In this document: in pieces, positions 1-13,370 of the stretch
Position numbering within the stretch: position 1 is the first letter of the stretch
Layout: each line of letters opens with the position of its first letter
Source: Chlorokybus atmophyticus
Taxonomy: Eukaryota; Plantae; Mesostigma and Chlorokybus algae
DNA: 64,000 nucleotides
Reading direction: 5' to 3'
NCBI GenBank assembly: GCA_009103225.1
Contig: RHPI01000260.1
Coordinates: forward strand, 320,203 to 384,202
Notes under the pieces: model-generated
Databases searched by the model: none
What the model was told of the DNA's origin: nothing
What the model saw: the letters and a program-made list of their open reading frames with translations, nothing else
Translations under genes and position numbers: made by a program

Positions 1-468
1 GTTATCTCTTCTATACTGAACATGGTGGAGACCCTTAAGCGAAGGTTATGCGTGCTGAGAGCGTCAGCAACAATATAAATGTCGTCCACTTGATGCGCAA
101 TAACACGTACAATACTGCTCCTTTTTTGCGTAGTTGTAGGGTTGAGACATGAGTTGACTCATGCACCATAGCAAGGTACATATTGTTATTGTGGCATTGA
201 TGTACTCATATTCTTGTACAAGCCTGCAAGTAGCTGCACACCTGGTTGTGAGAGACATGCATACACTGTGCACATGCATAGTAGTGCTGCGGGTGTTTTA
301 TTGTGCGCTTGGCATAGATTGTTGTCATGGACTCTTATACCCTATGAATACAAGCCACTAACTGGTCACTAGAGGCATAGCGTGCATAGCACAATGGCAA
401 GGAGCCCCGTGCATTTTATCTCTCTCGGTTATCCTTTACATAGAAACATACAATACATATACAGCGCG

Positions 469-3185
469 TTACTGGTCTCGCATGATGTCAACAAGCCGCA
501 TGAATAGGCGATACTTAGCGTCCCAGGCTTCGCGTACTTCTGGGTCAGTATTGGGCTCTATGACACCGCCGCCCTGCGCAGACATGGCATGCATGGCAGC
601 AAGGAGGTTGCTGTCATTGTCATGCCCCTCGGCGGCAGCGGCGGCGCCGAGAATGGCAGCCCCCACGGCCACGCCATCATCGGTGCTCGGAAGCCGCACG
701 GGGCACCCGCAAGCATCCGCAAGGGCTCGAACGAAGAGTTTGTTCTTCACCAGCCCGCCGCAAATACACAGCGTGTACGCGGTGATGTCCGCAAGCTCGT
801 TCTCGCCCTTCCTTGCCTCAGTCCTCGCTACCGTCTCGATAATCGCCCTAATGGACAACGCCAACGCATGCACATGCGCAGCATACAACCTGCACATGTG
901 CAAATGACAGTGAGTTGACAGTAAGAGTGCGAGAACATGTTCTGCTTCCTGTAAGCATGAAGTTCAAGACCAGTTGTCACCTGGCAAGGTTGTCAACGGA
1001 GTCCGGGGTGGGTTCAAGCTCCAAACCGATTACGGCACCTCGCATCTTGGTGCCAAAGAGCCGCGAGCCGTGGTGATACGGGACCACGGTGAGGCCCCAG
1101 CCTTGCCGGCGCGGGTCGTCCCCAATCACATCATCCACAAGGTATCTGCCCAAGCAGTGCGTATCATAACGTGTCTGAATACTGTGTACAGGATCCCACG
1201 CTCTTACTTCTGCACGTCCTTGCCGGCATGGCCGGCGCGGTTGCTGAGCTCCTTGTTGGCAGGGTGTGACTTCAACACGTAGTCCAGCAGCAGGCCGGTG
1301 GCTGATTCCCCACCCTCTAGAACCCATAATCCAGGAACCATGGACTGTGCAACCGCAACAAGGACAACATGAGAAAAGCACGCCATGTACAAGTGCACAA
1401 CGTAATCTCTATGTCTCTTGACGAACGAACTGCTGGTGAGGGCGTAACGCACACCCACCCACCTTGAAGCAGGGTCCCCACACTCCCGGTGCAAAGACCT
1501 CCTCCCTGGTTGATAGCATGACGCACGTGGAGCTCCCTGCAGTCACCGCAACCCGTTTTTCCATGGCCACTACCTCCTGGCCTCCTCCCCCTCCTAGCAC
1601 ACCCACGCCGCCGCAGTGCGCGTCCACCATGCCCGCCAATACAGCGACGGACGACGGCGAGGCCTCGAGCCCCATGGCCGCACGGGCCTCTGCGGACAGC
1701 ACCCCCGCTCGCTGCCCGGGCTCTAACACCCTGCTCGCGGGAGGCAACAATTCAGGCCTCCCCAACAGGTCCTCGAGACCCATCGCCTGTGCATAACGGA
1801 AAGTGTGGCCAGTATGTGGCTGCAGAATGCTGGCAGCATTTGGTGGCACAGCAAGAATTGTTGTTTTGGGTGATTGGACGTACACGAACTGCACGATGTC
1901 GCCATGCGGACCTACCTAGGAATGCATTCACGAGCATGTCCACCTAGCTGCCTACCAGATGTGTAATACCATACCGTATTACTATATGACGTAGTACGCC
2001 CAATGCTTACCTTCCAGAGCTCCTCGGGCCATCTCATTGCATGCGCATCATACAACCATTTGGCTGCCAAGCAGCATGTGCTGCGTGTCGATTGCTCGCC
2101 TGCCCCAACAGCCTGCAGACGATTACCAATGCAAGGTAAGGCTGCAAAGAAGAGTGTTTACAAGAACAAATGAAGGTTACACACACTTTGTATACTAGAA
2201 AGTCTGCAAGGTCCATAAGCTGGCCTTCGCGCTGCAGGAGGCCGTTCTCTGCCAGCCACCAGATCTTAGGCACTTCATTCTCGGGATGAACTTCGCCTCC
2301 TATGTGCCTCAATGTATGTGAACCTGCAGGCACATGCACCACGTGAAACAAGCACAGCAGCAAGCAGGCATACACGGCCAGCAACCAAGTCATACCCATA
2401 CTTACATACGTACCAGCCAGCAATTCGTTGATTCGCCGTGCCTGACTCTCAGCCCGGTGGCAATACCACAACACCACGTTGCGCTCTGTCTCGTGAGACA
2501 GCGAGACCGTTACCGGCGCACCCGAGCTGGATCAAAGCAGTGTTCGTTTATGCAGCAAAAGTCAATGCTGGAAGTATGTCTCAACACAACTTGAAAACAC
2601 AGTCACCAGTCTCCGTACATTGCAGTTTGCCTCATACACGGACAACCATGTACACGCAGGCTATCTTGAATTACAGTTGAACTCGCTCGTGTGTACCTGT
2701 CAAGTTGGACGAGGCTGCTAGTGGCGTCGAACCCGATTCCTCGGACGCGTGCGGCGGCACGATCAGCCCCGGCATCAGCGATGGCGCGTCGCGTTGCCGC
2801 GCAGGCCGCCGCCCAGATGTCTTCCGAGCTCTGCTCGCAGCACTCGATGCTGCCGCACTTGTGGTTCCACATGCGTGTCGGCATGCTGCAGGCCGACTGC
2901 ACAGCACCTGTGTTACGTGCAGAGCAGATTTATGTAACCAGAGAGTGTCGCATTGCACGTGTGCATGTGCTGGGAGCGGGTTAGGCGAAAGATGGACACG
3001 CGCGTACCATTTGCATCTACTACAAGCGCGCGGACAGAGCCCGTGCCGCAGTCCACGCCGATGTACAGCGGCGCAGACTCGCTGCTTGTGCCAGTGGTGT
3101 CGCTTGCATGGGCTTCCATTGCTGTTTCTTGCAACTGCTTTTTCCTGTGACCACCAGAATGTGGTACAAGATTCATGTCACCCAT
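469..3185 (-). CDS. FGGY: FGGY-family carbohydrate (pentulose/D-ribulose) kinase, multi-exon
   Basis: Exon peptides across ORFs: [13 protein letters not shown] (~3050), [108 protein letters not shown]; stop TAA at 469-471. Exon borders and the true start codon are approximate. Confidence 0.9.
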
Positions 3186-3669
3186 GCCATGATGAGCATC
3201 CTAGCTGCTTACTGCTACTTGAGCAGTTCGTCTTGCTTCAAGCATTCTGTTGCGCCGCAATGTAATGGCAGCAGCTAGTTTATCATTTATGGTACACAGC
3301 TACCTCAGCTAACGGTGCCTACCAAGAACCGGATACGAGAGCCTAGCTGCAGAGCATGGCACTACACGACGAGACAGCAGACAGTTGGGGCATTGTGTTC
3401 TTACACTTGGACAGCTGCTATGCGAATGTCATGCGCAGTAACCAGCCAACCTCTTGATATGCATGCGTGGTACACAACGCAACAAGCAGAAACAGCAACA
3501 GTCCAAGCGTTCAGCACAGTACTGTACTCGCAAAACGTAGAGACGCAGACCAGTCTCTCACCGTGTCTTAACGAAGCTCTTACCGTGTCACCGGTTGACC
3601 TTGTAAGTCTGGGGCACATGCAACCAAACTTTGTCTCAAAGCAGCTAGCCCAGAAACCCCGCCGCCCAC

Positions 3670-3704
<35 letters not shown>

Positions 3705-3906
3705 AGCGTCTTCAGCAGTGCAGCACACTGCGCTGAGGGCAGTGCCAATGCCAAAGCTCAGTGCTACTGAGTCAGTACAACTCAGATCAGCTCAAAATCC
3801 AGAACGTAGGTCGTCGTCACGTATATAGGCCTTAGGTTACGTCATTGGCTCGTGAGAGAGAGAGATACGGCTTGTGATGACGGCTTCGTCACGCTTGTGT
3901 TGCCCC

Positions 3907-5075
3907 ATGCTGGGCGGCGGTGGTGGCGGCGGCGGAGCAGGAGGAGGAGGGGGTGGTGGAGGTGGAGAAGATAACGCGCACGTATCGTTTGAGTCGCTTA
4001 CGGTGGCGACCGTTTCGGATCTGAAGCGCCTCAACACCGCCATCTTCCCTGTGAACTACCAGGCGCGGTTTTTCTCTGAAGCGCTGGCCGCTGGAGATTT
4101 CTCTCAACTAGGTTTGGAAATGAGTTTGAATGACTGGAGTGGATTGGTACATGCAGCTTTGCCTTGTTGCGTCATCTGCGCTCTTGCACGCATACTGCTG
4201 TTTCAACAGGCAATGCAGCACATAAAGGCCGCAGCTTTGCTGGTTTCCTTGGTTGAGGTTGTCGAGGAAATGAGTGCGAGATTGCACAGTGTCGTTACAC
4301 TGTGACTCTACTGCGAGCTTTGCATGTGCTGATGCAATGCAAGCACTGAATTGTGTGCATAGCATTAAGCATGTATCCGGCACGTCTAGTGCAAAGTTAC
4401 TGCTAAAGCTTATTTAATTGCTGTTGGTACAGTACAGAGTTGGAACTAGAGGGGATTGCATAATGTCTTGACACTGTAACTTCACTGCAAATTCCTCCCA
4501 TGTGTTGATGCATGCAATGCAAGGACTGAATTCGGTACAGCAATGTGCATGCATCCGGCGTTTCCAGTGCACAGCTACTACTGCCCAAGCTTCATTGAGT
4601 TGCTGGTGGTAGTACAGACTTGCATAAGACAACAATGGCAACTTTGCGTTGTGTGCAGCCTTTGTTGAGCATCCATTGGGGCGGGAGTGCACCGGCGCTA
4701 TTGCGTGCCGACTGGAACGCAGAAAGGACAGCGACAAAGCCCGTCTCTACATCATGACGCTGGGGGTTTATGCAGAGTACCGTGGCCAACGCATTGGTAA
4801 CCACGCAACCATTGTGGTTTGTGGATTTACTTCACAAGCTGTGTGTCTCATATTCTGTTTTCGCAGGCACAAGGCTGCTGTCCAACTGCCTGGAGCTGTG
4901 CAAAGAGGACCCCAACATAGAGGATGCATACCTGCACGTTCAGACCAATAACGAGGAGGCTATCACCTTTTACAAGAAGTTTGGGTTCGCCATCGCTGAT
5001 TTGATACGCAACTACTACAAGCGTATAGAGCCGCCTGATTGTTATGTGTTAAGCAAATCGCTTGTGCAACACTAA
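3907..5075 (+). CDS. NAA50: N-alpha-acetyltransferase 50 (NatE catalytic subunit, GNAT), 3 exons
   Basis: Exons ~3907-4110, 4660-4797 and 4868-5075 with GT..AG introns. Peptides: LKRLNTAIFPVNY, GAIACRLE, LYIMTLGVYAEYRGQRIG, YLHVQTNNEEAITFYKKFGF, NYYKRIEPPDCYVL. Confidence 0.92.
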
Positions 5076-5627
5076 GTTCTGACGCACTGGAGATGGTCTC
5101 ATGCCACACATTAATGCATGCCATCTGAGTGTCAGCAGCAACTCGCAATCTTCAAACAAAAGCTGGCTGGCCATTACGGCGCGCCAGTGCCTGCATTGCA
5201 GCAATGTGAGTGTCCATGCTCGTCAACTCTCGACAGCTGCACTGCTGCGTCAACTTCTCCAGCGTCGCAGTCACTGCCAATGCAACACATCCAACTGCTG
5301 CTGACGGACAATGTGCACATTTCTAGAGTTGCCTTTGACAATCACACTTGTCCGAGCCAGCAGATTTGGCCGCTTGGCCCTGTTTTACGACAGCTGTGTA
5401 CAAGTACTGTCTAATAAGAGGCCAATTGAGCTTTGTGAAGTAAGGCTGCTACAGATTGCAACCTTGACATACCCAGCTTTACAATATATAATGAATGTGA
5501 GAGTTGAACCGTTCCCAAATGTATCGCGTGCTGCAGAGCGTAGTTGATGGACAACGCTGCAGCGATTGCAAAACTAGAATCGCCGTATACACCAAAAGAC
5601 TACCAAATAATCCAGCACAACCGATCC

Positions 5628-6648
5628 TTACTCAATGTTGGCTTCCTGCACATACGAATGGCCACATGTGAGCATGCACACGAATTTACTGACAACCTCA
5701 GCGGCAACACAGACACAAGACTCGTGTCCAACCTGGAAAGCGCGTGCAGGGGTGGCAAATAACTCCTTCTCAAGTCTTGCAAGCTGTCCCTTAACTGACA
5801 TGTCGATGAATGCCGAAAGGTCGGGGCCGTACTGGATGACAAAACCAGCCAGCAACGACTCGTCAACGTTGACCTTAAGCTTGATGTTCTTGGCTCCGGT
5901 CATGGTCTGCAGCTTCTGCGCAATGAGGGATTGCTCGGACTCTTCAAGCTCCATGGCAGAGGTGACAATAGCAACCTGCGTACCGGTTAAAGTGAGCAAC
6001 TATGCCACCTGTAACAGCTTTCACACTTTAAACCCCTAGTACAAGTACCAATGAAACGCACTGCATTGGTGAGCTGCAGGCTGAGGAAAAGGAGGAAAGG
6101 ACAGGGGTGCCTACCTGGGTGTCAGTGATGTCGCAGTAAATGTCCTCAAACTGCTCCACGATTTCGCCCAGGATGTCGCTGCGCTTCTTGTCCACAAGGA
6201 GCTGGAGGAAGTTGCTGGTGAAGGGATTGAGGCCGGCCTCGGTGGCGACAGTTTTGAGAATGCTCTTCTTGTCCTCGTCGGAGGCGATGGGGTTGGTGAT
6301 GAAGCTGGCGAAGGCCTCGTCCTTCTTGATCAGAGAGTCGAGGTAGTCGACATCCCTGTGTACGTCGTCCAGGGAGTTGCTGGCCTGCGCTGCCTCAAGG
6401 AGGGCCTGGGCGTACCCGCCCGCAACCGTGTCGGCCTTCATGACCGTGGCCTTGCGAGTGGCCGTTGTTGAGGCTGACCGACTCGACGACGACGCGGCCA
6501 GACGCAGCGACTGGCCACATTGTCTCCTGAGCCCTGAGGTCAACGGCAAGGCGGCGGGGCGGACGGAGGCGGCGGCAGCGGCGGCGGGGGAGGCCTCGAC
6601 GCCTCCTCCCAATCTGAGCGCCGCCGAAGAGCTTGCAACAGCCTGCAT
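5628..6648 (-). CDS. ATPD: Chloroplast ATP synthase CF1 delta subunit precursor
   Basis: Ala/Ser/Arg-rich transit peptide from ATG 6648, then VAGGYAQALLEAA, FLQLLVDKKR; second exon VAIVTSAMELE..NIKLKVNVDESLLAGFVIQYG..IDMSVKGQL. The 3' end is uncertain (possible further intron after ..ARAFQ). Confidence 0.92.
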
Positions 6649-9062
6649 AGTGAACAACTGCCTCTTCAACCAAGCTACCCGTCCAGGCGTGCAGGCACGT
6701 CGGTGGGTGCCGCCGCCGCCGCCACCTCACCCCGCGGACGACACCACCCACGCCGCCGCCGATGTCGCGGTCAGAGCCAAGAGGTAACGTAACGTGAAGC
6801 CGAACGAACGCCGCATAAAACACAACCGAAGAAAACGTTACTGGCGCAAGCGAGTCGCAACTTATGCGCTACCTGCCTCGGGTGAAAGAGTAATGTAACG
6901 CCATGCAGTCACTGCATTGCAGTGTATTGATTTTCATGTAGGACTCAACAGTGGGGCGTGGCTCGGCTACCGGTGGCTGGATGGCTCATCCATCATACAT
7001 GGCCTCCAGATTGTGGGCTGAAAGACAAGCGCAGCAAGAGATAAGGTACGGTTTTTTTTGGGTTGCGGCCATTTCGCGCAGGCCTAGGCGTAGCGTGCTA
7101 CTGACCGCGAACACCCTTCCGTCCTCAAAAGGAAGTCTGCGAGTTTCGCTGTGGCACTTTTTCCGCATTGAATGGCACGCAAATTGGCACAGCAGCACGC
7201 ATTTGCCAGATTGCACATTTACACTTAGCATTTGGAGTGGTTGAAACATGGTCCATGTGCACGTAAGAATGCAGATATCAATGTGCACCCATATAGGTTT
7301 ATCCAAATAGCTGATGCATCACAAGCAAGCGCACAGCAGCAACGCAAGCAGTAACAAGGAGCAGAGCAGAGTAAAACTTTATTCCATCAGCAGGGGCGGA
7401 CACGCTAACCTCATGCATTGTTAGATGCTTGTGTGCAAGTAGTGCGGTGGGGTGGGGTGGGTGAAGTAGGGCAGGGCAAAACAGTAACCCACCTGAAGCA
7501 ACAGGCGCCATATGCAAAAAAGCTTTTGTAACAGATGTTATAGATGTGTGGTTCACGATGCATTTGATTTATGGCTGCGTTTCAAAATATAACTCGTCTA
7601 GTGTTTGCATTGTGTTTCACGTTACGCTATGATATTACTAATGTTGTCTTGATCAAACTTGCAACGCGCATATGCAAAGATTGTGTCAAGACTTTATACC
7701 TCCATACCAACTAGCTGTTTCAGTAAGGAGCAATTAACACAATAATATAACACTGCAAAGATGTTAGCACTGATGTAGTAGCATGCGTATTTTAAGATCG
7801 CAAAGATACTGATGATCACATATTATTACTTGTAAACTTAAATTTACCTACACATGCGTATAAGACTTACGTACACATTCACATTCGGCCATGTGGCAGG
7901 TCTTATGACCGTGAGATTGCTTTGGGGCCATGCATGTTTGCATAGAGCTTAGGTAGGAGTAGCACATAGCCTGGCGGTGATGCAAATGGTGTTGATGGTT
8001 GCATGTTGTGATTGTGGACAATGATGACGAGTTGCACGCATGTCATGTGCAAGCATGAGACAATGAACTGCATATGCAACGCCATACTAGCATGCGTAGC
8101 TACCTACAAAGTACACATTTATGTAAAGCGTGCGCAATGTGCTGTGCTATACCCTAATGCTGGGAAGAGCTCGTGAAGTGATGGCTGGTGTTGATATAGC
8201 TTGTAACCTTGAAATGCATCAAGTGAGTGTTAAGCGGCATTAACGGCATTAATTGGGCCAATAGCAGTGCACTTATTCCTAAGCATAAGCTTTAAAGAAG
8301 CTGAAAAGGCTCAATTATTGAGCTCCGCGCATGTGCTTCATACCACAAAAAGGCAGCACTGTAGTGTTGTGCATTTTTTGTTACACGTACTTGTCAAATT
8401 GGCCGCAACACATAATGTAATATGACAAAAAGCAAGCAGCTACAACAAGTACGATGCCAGTGACAAATATGTAATGAAGAATCTTTTGTTATCTGATTGT
8501 TGCTTCATAGATTGACAACGGTTCACCACTACCAAATTATGCAGTTAAAATACGTACATCATAGGTCTGAATAGCAATGCTAAAACCTTTGTCGCAAAAG
8601 TTTGATAGAATCTGTAAAGCTCTCAAGTTTGAGACTCATGCGTATAGAGTAGCAGCTAACTTGAGCAATAATGATAGAAGTGATCGTAAAAACATATCTC
8701 ACGCACAACCATGTGGACCACTACGGTACCCTACTATGATATCCGCAACATATAGAGACCTCGAGCAGCTCCAATGTTGTTGTTCTCAACGCACAAAGTA
8801 TTTACAAGTTGCCAGAAACAGTTATCCCGTCTCTGTTCTCCTGCACTTATGAAGAATATCTCTAACGTACTGCATTGCGAGTCAATTTGCGCTTAACACC
8901 ATCATCAACAATGCACAGGCAATTCATGGATTGGCAGTCAATGTGACGTAGCCATGCATTGCTTACCATTGCAACCTACTAAGCAGCGTGCAATTCACCA
9001 GCTGCACAAACAGTGTGCTGGCATGTCTATGTTACAGCAAGCGGAATCTACACACAACTTGT

Positions 9063-10376
9063 TTACTTGTTGCTGTTTTGTGACCTGGCCTTCTCCAACA
9101 GCGACTCCAGTTCTCCTGACTGGTGCATTTGCATCAAAATGTCTGATCCACCGACAAACTCACCATTTATGAACACTTGTGGAACGGTTGGCCATTTGCT
9201 GTCATGGACACAAGATGCAATCAGATCATCGCGTGTCAGCAGTGCGACACCTAAGCATCGGACATGTGCATGCATGAAACAGCAGCAGCCATTGCTCACC
9301 TGAAACTCTTGATGCCAGTTCGCAAGTCTGGATCTTCAAGCACATTGCGGGAGCTGTACTCAGCACCTGCGTAATGTTGACGGCTTGTAGTGGCATATGA
9401 CAATATACTGCACACAAGTGCAAGGCAACAACTACTTACATGGCAAACGCAAACACAGCTACTACTACTGGCATGCACACAATTACAACGCAAGCGTGCC
9501 ACTATCTCTTACCATACGCATCTAGAATGCGGCAAACGAGATTGCTGAAGCCACACTGTGGTGCATCTGGCACGCCCTTCATGTACACCATTACCGGGTT
9601 GGTTTTGATATCCTGCACAACAAACCAACTGAGACCAAACACTGCACAGTATAACAACGCTCGCACTGTAACAATTATCGCCAGTCGCATGCTAGTTCTG
9701 TGCAGGTAGCGACACTTAAGCAGCACACATACATCATCGATTGTGTCGTGAACGCTCTTGGCTTCTGAGGGGGCCTTGTACGTGGGCTTGAAATCGTCGT
9801 GGGTGTCCACGTCCTCCGCTGGCGGCTTTACCACCTCTGACCATGCGCGCGACCACTGGGCGCACGGCGCTTCATGCAGAAGACAGGCGTAAGGTTCATT
9901 AGACCTCGAGTGCATGTGCTTGGCGCTTTCAAGTAGTCACACTGCAGCTGATAGCAAGATATACAGAGACAAACCGTGCATATCCACCACACGAGGCTTG
10001 AAACAGACAAGGACACAAATTGGACAGTATAGAGCTTGACCGCAGGGCAATTGTGTACCATCCAAGAAAAGCAGTAAAATAAAAAACAATTGACAAGCCA
10101 CAGGCTCTCGCATGGAGCATCCTGTTATCAATGAACATGATACGTGGCCTGCAGCATGCTGCGTGAACAGCAATTCGCGCCTCGATACTCTTGCTACCAT
10201 CGTTTGACACATCGAACACGTCAAGTAAACCACTGATTAAAGTCAAAGCAACACATACGCTGCGGCGCTGTGCATGTTGACCACACTGCAAGTGAACTTT
10301 CCTCACCTGTTCTCAGCTGCGACCAGCGAGCTTCTCCTAGAAGCGACCTCGCCACGCTTCTCGACAGCGCCTGCAT
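9063..10376 (-). CDS. GRXS15: Monothiol CGFS-type glutaredoxin, probably mitochondrial (Grx5/GRXS15-like), multi-exon
   Basis: [32 protein letters not shown]|[21 protein letters not shown]. The first exon [13 protein letters not shown].. (10306-10376) looks like a targeting peptide; canonical splice sites. Confidence 0.88.
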
Positions 10377-11876
10377 GTCGCCCTAAGCCTTCGCAACCAC
10401 CTCGCCGCCTCCTTCTCCACCGCCGCCGCTGTTTGTGGCAAACCAAACACTATATTCAGTCCGTTCCGTGCTGACTATAAGCATCAAGCTTCCGCGTGCG
10501 CGCTGTGGGCGGCGGGGGCAAGGCTGTTGGCGTCGCCATTGTCGTCGTTGCGCGTCTGCTTGCGCTGTATAGTATGCTTCAGCAGCAGGCCAGCTCTCAA
10601 GATTTTAGTTACAGCCTTAGTGGACACGGCTGTCGGCTGGGTGGAGCTGATCAAGAAGTAGTTGCTTGGAACAAGCCACATACAAAAGGTGAGTAACTTT
10701 ACTGCTGTCAATGCTGCGAGGCCAACGTAATTGAATGAACTGTGGTGGCACACCACAATTGCGCTCCTGCTGCGCTGGTGTGCTGCTGTTTGCTGCGCTT
10801 GCCTCCAAGGAAATCTACTGTCTTGTCTATGAGTAAGCTACGCTTATCCTGCTCCTTGTGATCAGTGGTTACATTTCAGCGGATTGTGTCGTCTCCATTC
10901 ATCTTTACGTGCATACCCTTATTCCTAGAAAATGCGAGCAAGGCGCTCTGTTGTGTACATGGACTAAAAATGCATTTCTGTGCCAGTGTCTTCTTATGGG
11001 GCATTGCAAAGCTTGCCAACCTAGTAGTTCACTGAGTACTGCGTTAGACTAAAATCACGAGTACGGTCTTCAGTGGTGTTGATTGACAAGAAGGCGTCTA
11101 TTGGAAGTCATGAGCGTTGTCGAACCTGTGTTGCTCTTAGGCAGGTTGCATTACATGCAAGGTGCATCGAGATAGACTAATCACACAACTTGCAAACAGG
11201 AGCTTGCTTGCTTCGTGCCACATGCTACATTGAAAATTGTTTACTGCATACATGGGCAGTTGTAGACGAGTGTCCTGGAGGTTGGGCGTTGGTACCTTCG
11301 CGTCTGCGTGACAACCGTTGGCGCGATGAAGTGGTCGACTTGACAAGCTGCTCGGGGCAAAGATGGCCCCGGATGCAACCACGCTGCACGTGCGGGCTGC
11401 ATTGAAGCAGCGCGGCAGCGGCAGGTTGAAAAGGACGTACAGCGGTAGTCGGGTGTGCGATGCCTTTTCTTGGCTTGCATCCAGCTGGCGAGAGTGCATG
11501 GGTTTGCCTGCACAGGTGAGTCCTTTATGTGTTTGATGCTGCCTCACAACCACCAACCAACCTGAGCTAAGGAGCGGTTGCATTGCAGAGCTGTGACACG
11601 CGAGTGGGCCAGCACTGGACAGTCACAAGGATACTGGCAACATTGATGCTGGCGTCTTTGCTGGTACGCATGCTGTAAATGTGACATATTGAAAAAGAAA
11701 ACAAAGATCGTAGTGTGCGTTTGTTCTTCCCTCAATCTTCCTTGGCGCAAACAAACACGCACACACACGCGCTAGCACGTAAACTCTTGAGTACACATGC
11801 GCAGTTCAGCAGCGTGCAGGTGGCACATGCGACAGAGCAGTTGTCCGATTGACGTTGGTGTTGGGTCTATAGTTAC

Positions 11877-12842
11877 TTGGGGCAACCCACTCAAGCATGT
11901 GCTTGGCAGGGGGTGGCGTGTTTTGCATTGCTATCATGGTGCACCATTCGCTGCGACGCGTGGAATGACAGCGGCTGCATTGGCCAGCTGGCCGCTTTAG
12001 GGATGGCCAGGTTTTACCGCAGCGACGGGTTGTGTATGGCGAGGCCAAGAGCGGCCTTCGTGTACATGGTCGCTGAGCCGTACAGTACAATCACCTTTGG
12101 AGACAGCTTGAAGGGCCTCTTCACCAACTTCAATGACCAGCACGGCTATCCCGTGTATGTGTTTCATGACTCGAGTTGTTCAAGAGATGATCTCTGGAGC
12201 CTCTTGCGAACCGTGTTGACGGAGAAGGCCATGCAGCAAGTGTGGTTTCACCATTTGCCATCCCCGCCTTCTGGCCTTGATCTGGAAGCTTCAAGACGGT
12301 TCTGGATGTACGGGTTGTTTAGCCACGAAGCAATAAGGGACCTCGACATGATTTGGCATCTGGACCCGTCGACGGTGCTGTTAGCTCCCGTTGAGTATGA
12401 CGTGTTCTGCTTCCTCAAAGCTCATAGGAAGGTTTACGGCTATGTTGACATAGAGGTGATGGCCGCCACAGGTGGGTTGTGGGAAGGTGGCATGATGTAC
12501 GCTGCGCAAGAGAACTTGACTATGAGGGAGCCCCCACGAGGTGACGGCTTGATGACTTGTTACCAATTGGGATGCGAGATTATTGACGTGCAGGAGATGC
12601 ACTTACCGAGGATGTCATATTTTTTGTCTTTCCTACTTAATGCGCCTACCATTGACTTCCGAACTGACTGGCACGCCGGATGCGTGCGCTTCTTGAACTA
12701 CCAGTTGCTTTATGAGCCGGAGGAGGTGCGCCACCTGTGCGATGTGAAACTTGCAACAAATGGTCAAGTGCATGAAAGGACATGCGATTCGCCATTGAGA
12801 CCAGCTTCGCCCTCTGCCAATCGCAGGCGGCTGTTGCCATAA
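11877..12842 (+). CDS. Glycosyltransferase family 15 (KRE2/MNT1-like alpha-1,2-mannosyltransferase)-like; main coding exon, upstream exons (from ~10496) uncertain
   Basis: AAFVYMV..SLKGLFTNFNDQHGYPVYVFHD and MIWHLDPSTVLLAPVEYDVFCFLKAHRKVYGY resemble the GT15 segments FN..YPWVF.ND and YWRVEP..F.CDIDYDVF.FM..N.K.YGF (recognised by eye). Confidence 0.6.
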   Translation: MGQPTQACAWQGVACFALLSWCTIRCDAWNDSGCIGQLAALGMARFYRSDGLCMARPRAAFVYMVAEPYSTITFGDSLKGLFTNFNDQHGYPVYVFHDSSCSRDDLWSLLRTVLTEKAMQQVWFHHLPSPPSGLDLEASRRFWMYGLFSHEAIRDLDMIWHLDPSTVLLAPVEYDVFCFLKAHRKVYGYVDIEVMAATGGLWEGGMMYAAQENLTMREPPRGDGLMTCYQLGCEIIDVQEMHLPRMSYFLSFLLNAPTIDFRTDWHAGCVRFLNYQLLYEPEEVRHLCDVKLATNGQVHERTCDSPLRPASPSANRRRLLP

Positions 12843-13370
12843 GCATGCTTGGTGCCGCCATACAACAGTCAATGAAGTGCTGGCCATCGTGTAGCATAAT
12901 CTATTCATGTGTTGTATCATTGCGGGGCTTGTGAGTGGGAAGGGTAACAGGGTGGTCAGCTTGGGCTGATACTCACTCACGAAGTCATATCAATGACCAT
13001 CACTTGTCGGTCTATTGGTGCTTAGCACAGCTGCTGTTGTGCATAAAAAGTTTGTTGGTGCTGCCTTCCAATTGCTCGTGTGTGCAGCATGATGTCCACA
13101 ACGACAGAGGCATAGCTGAAGGCTGCTGTCACCAACAGAGAGCTGTATGGTGTACAAGTGGCATGGCATCTGTGCCACACATGTGTGCATGTGGAAAAAA
13201 CTTCATGTACAGAGGCTAGCTACAGCTGTTTCATGGGCGCAGTTGCAGAATTCTATGCGGTAACCAGGATTTCAAGATCTGTACACGCGACAATCCTTGC
13301 AAGCTATATTATACACGATAGTCACCCTAAGCCCAGGACAACCGGTCGCTACAACTTTAGCCAACACCAA

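Noticed and set aside
7550-8950. AT-richer intergenic block with ORF 8577-8852 as an organellar insertion or TE relic
   Set aside because: No recognisable motif, TIR or TSD found by eye; a BLAST search is needed.
430-9040. TGTAA chlorophyte-type polyadenylation signals downstream of FGGY and GRX
   Set aside because: The pentamer is frequent by chance and was not found near the other gene ends.
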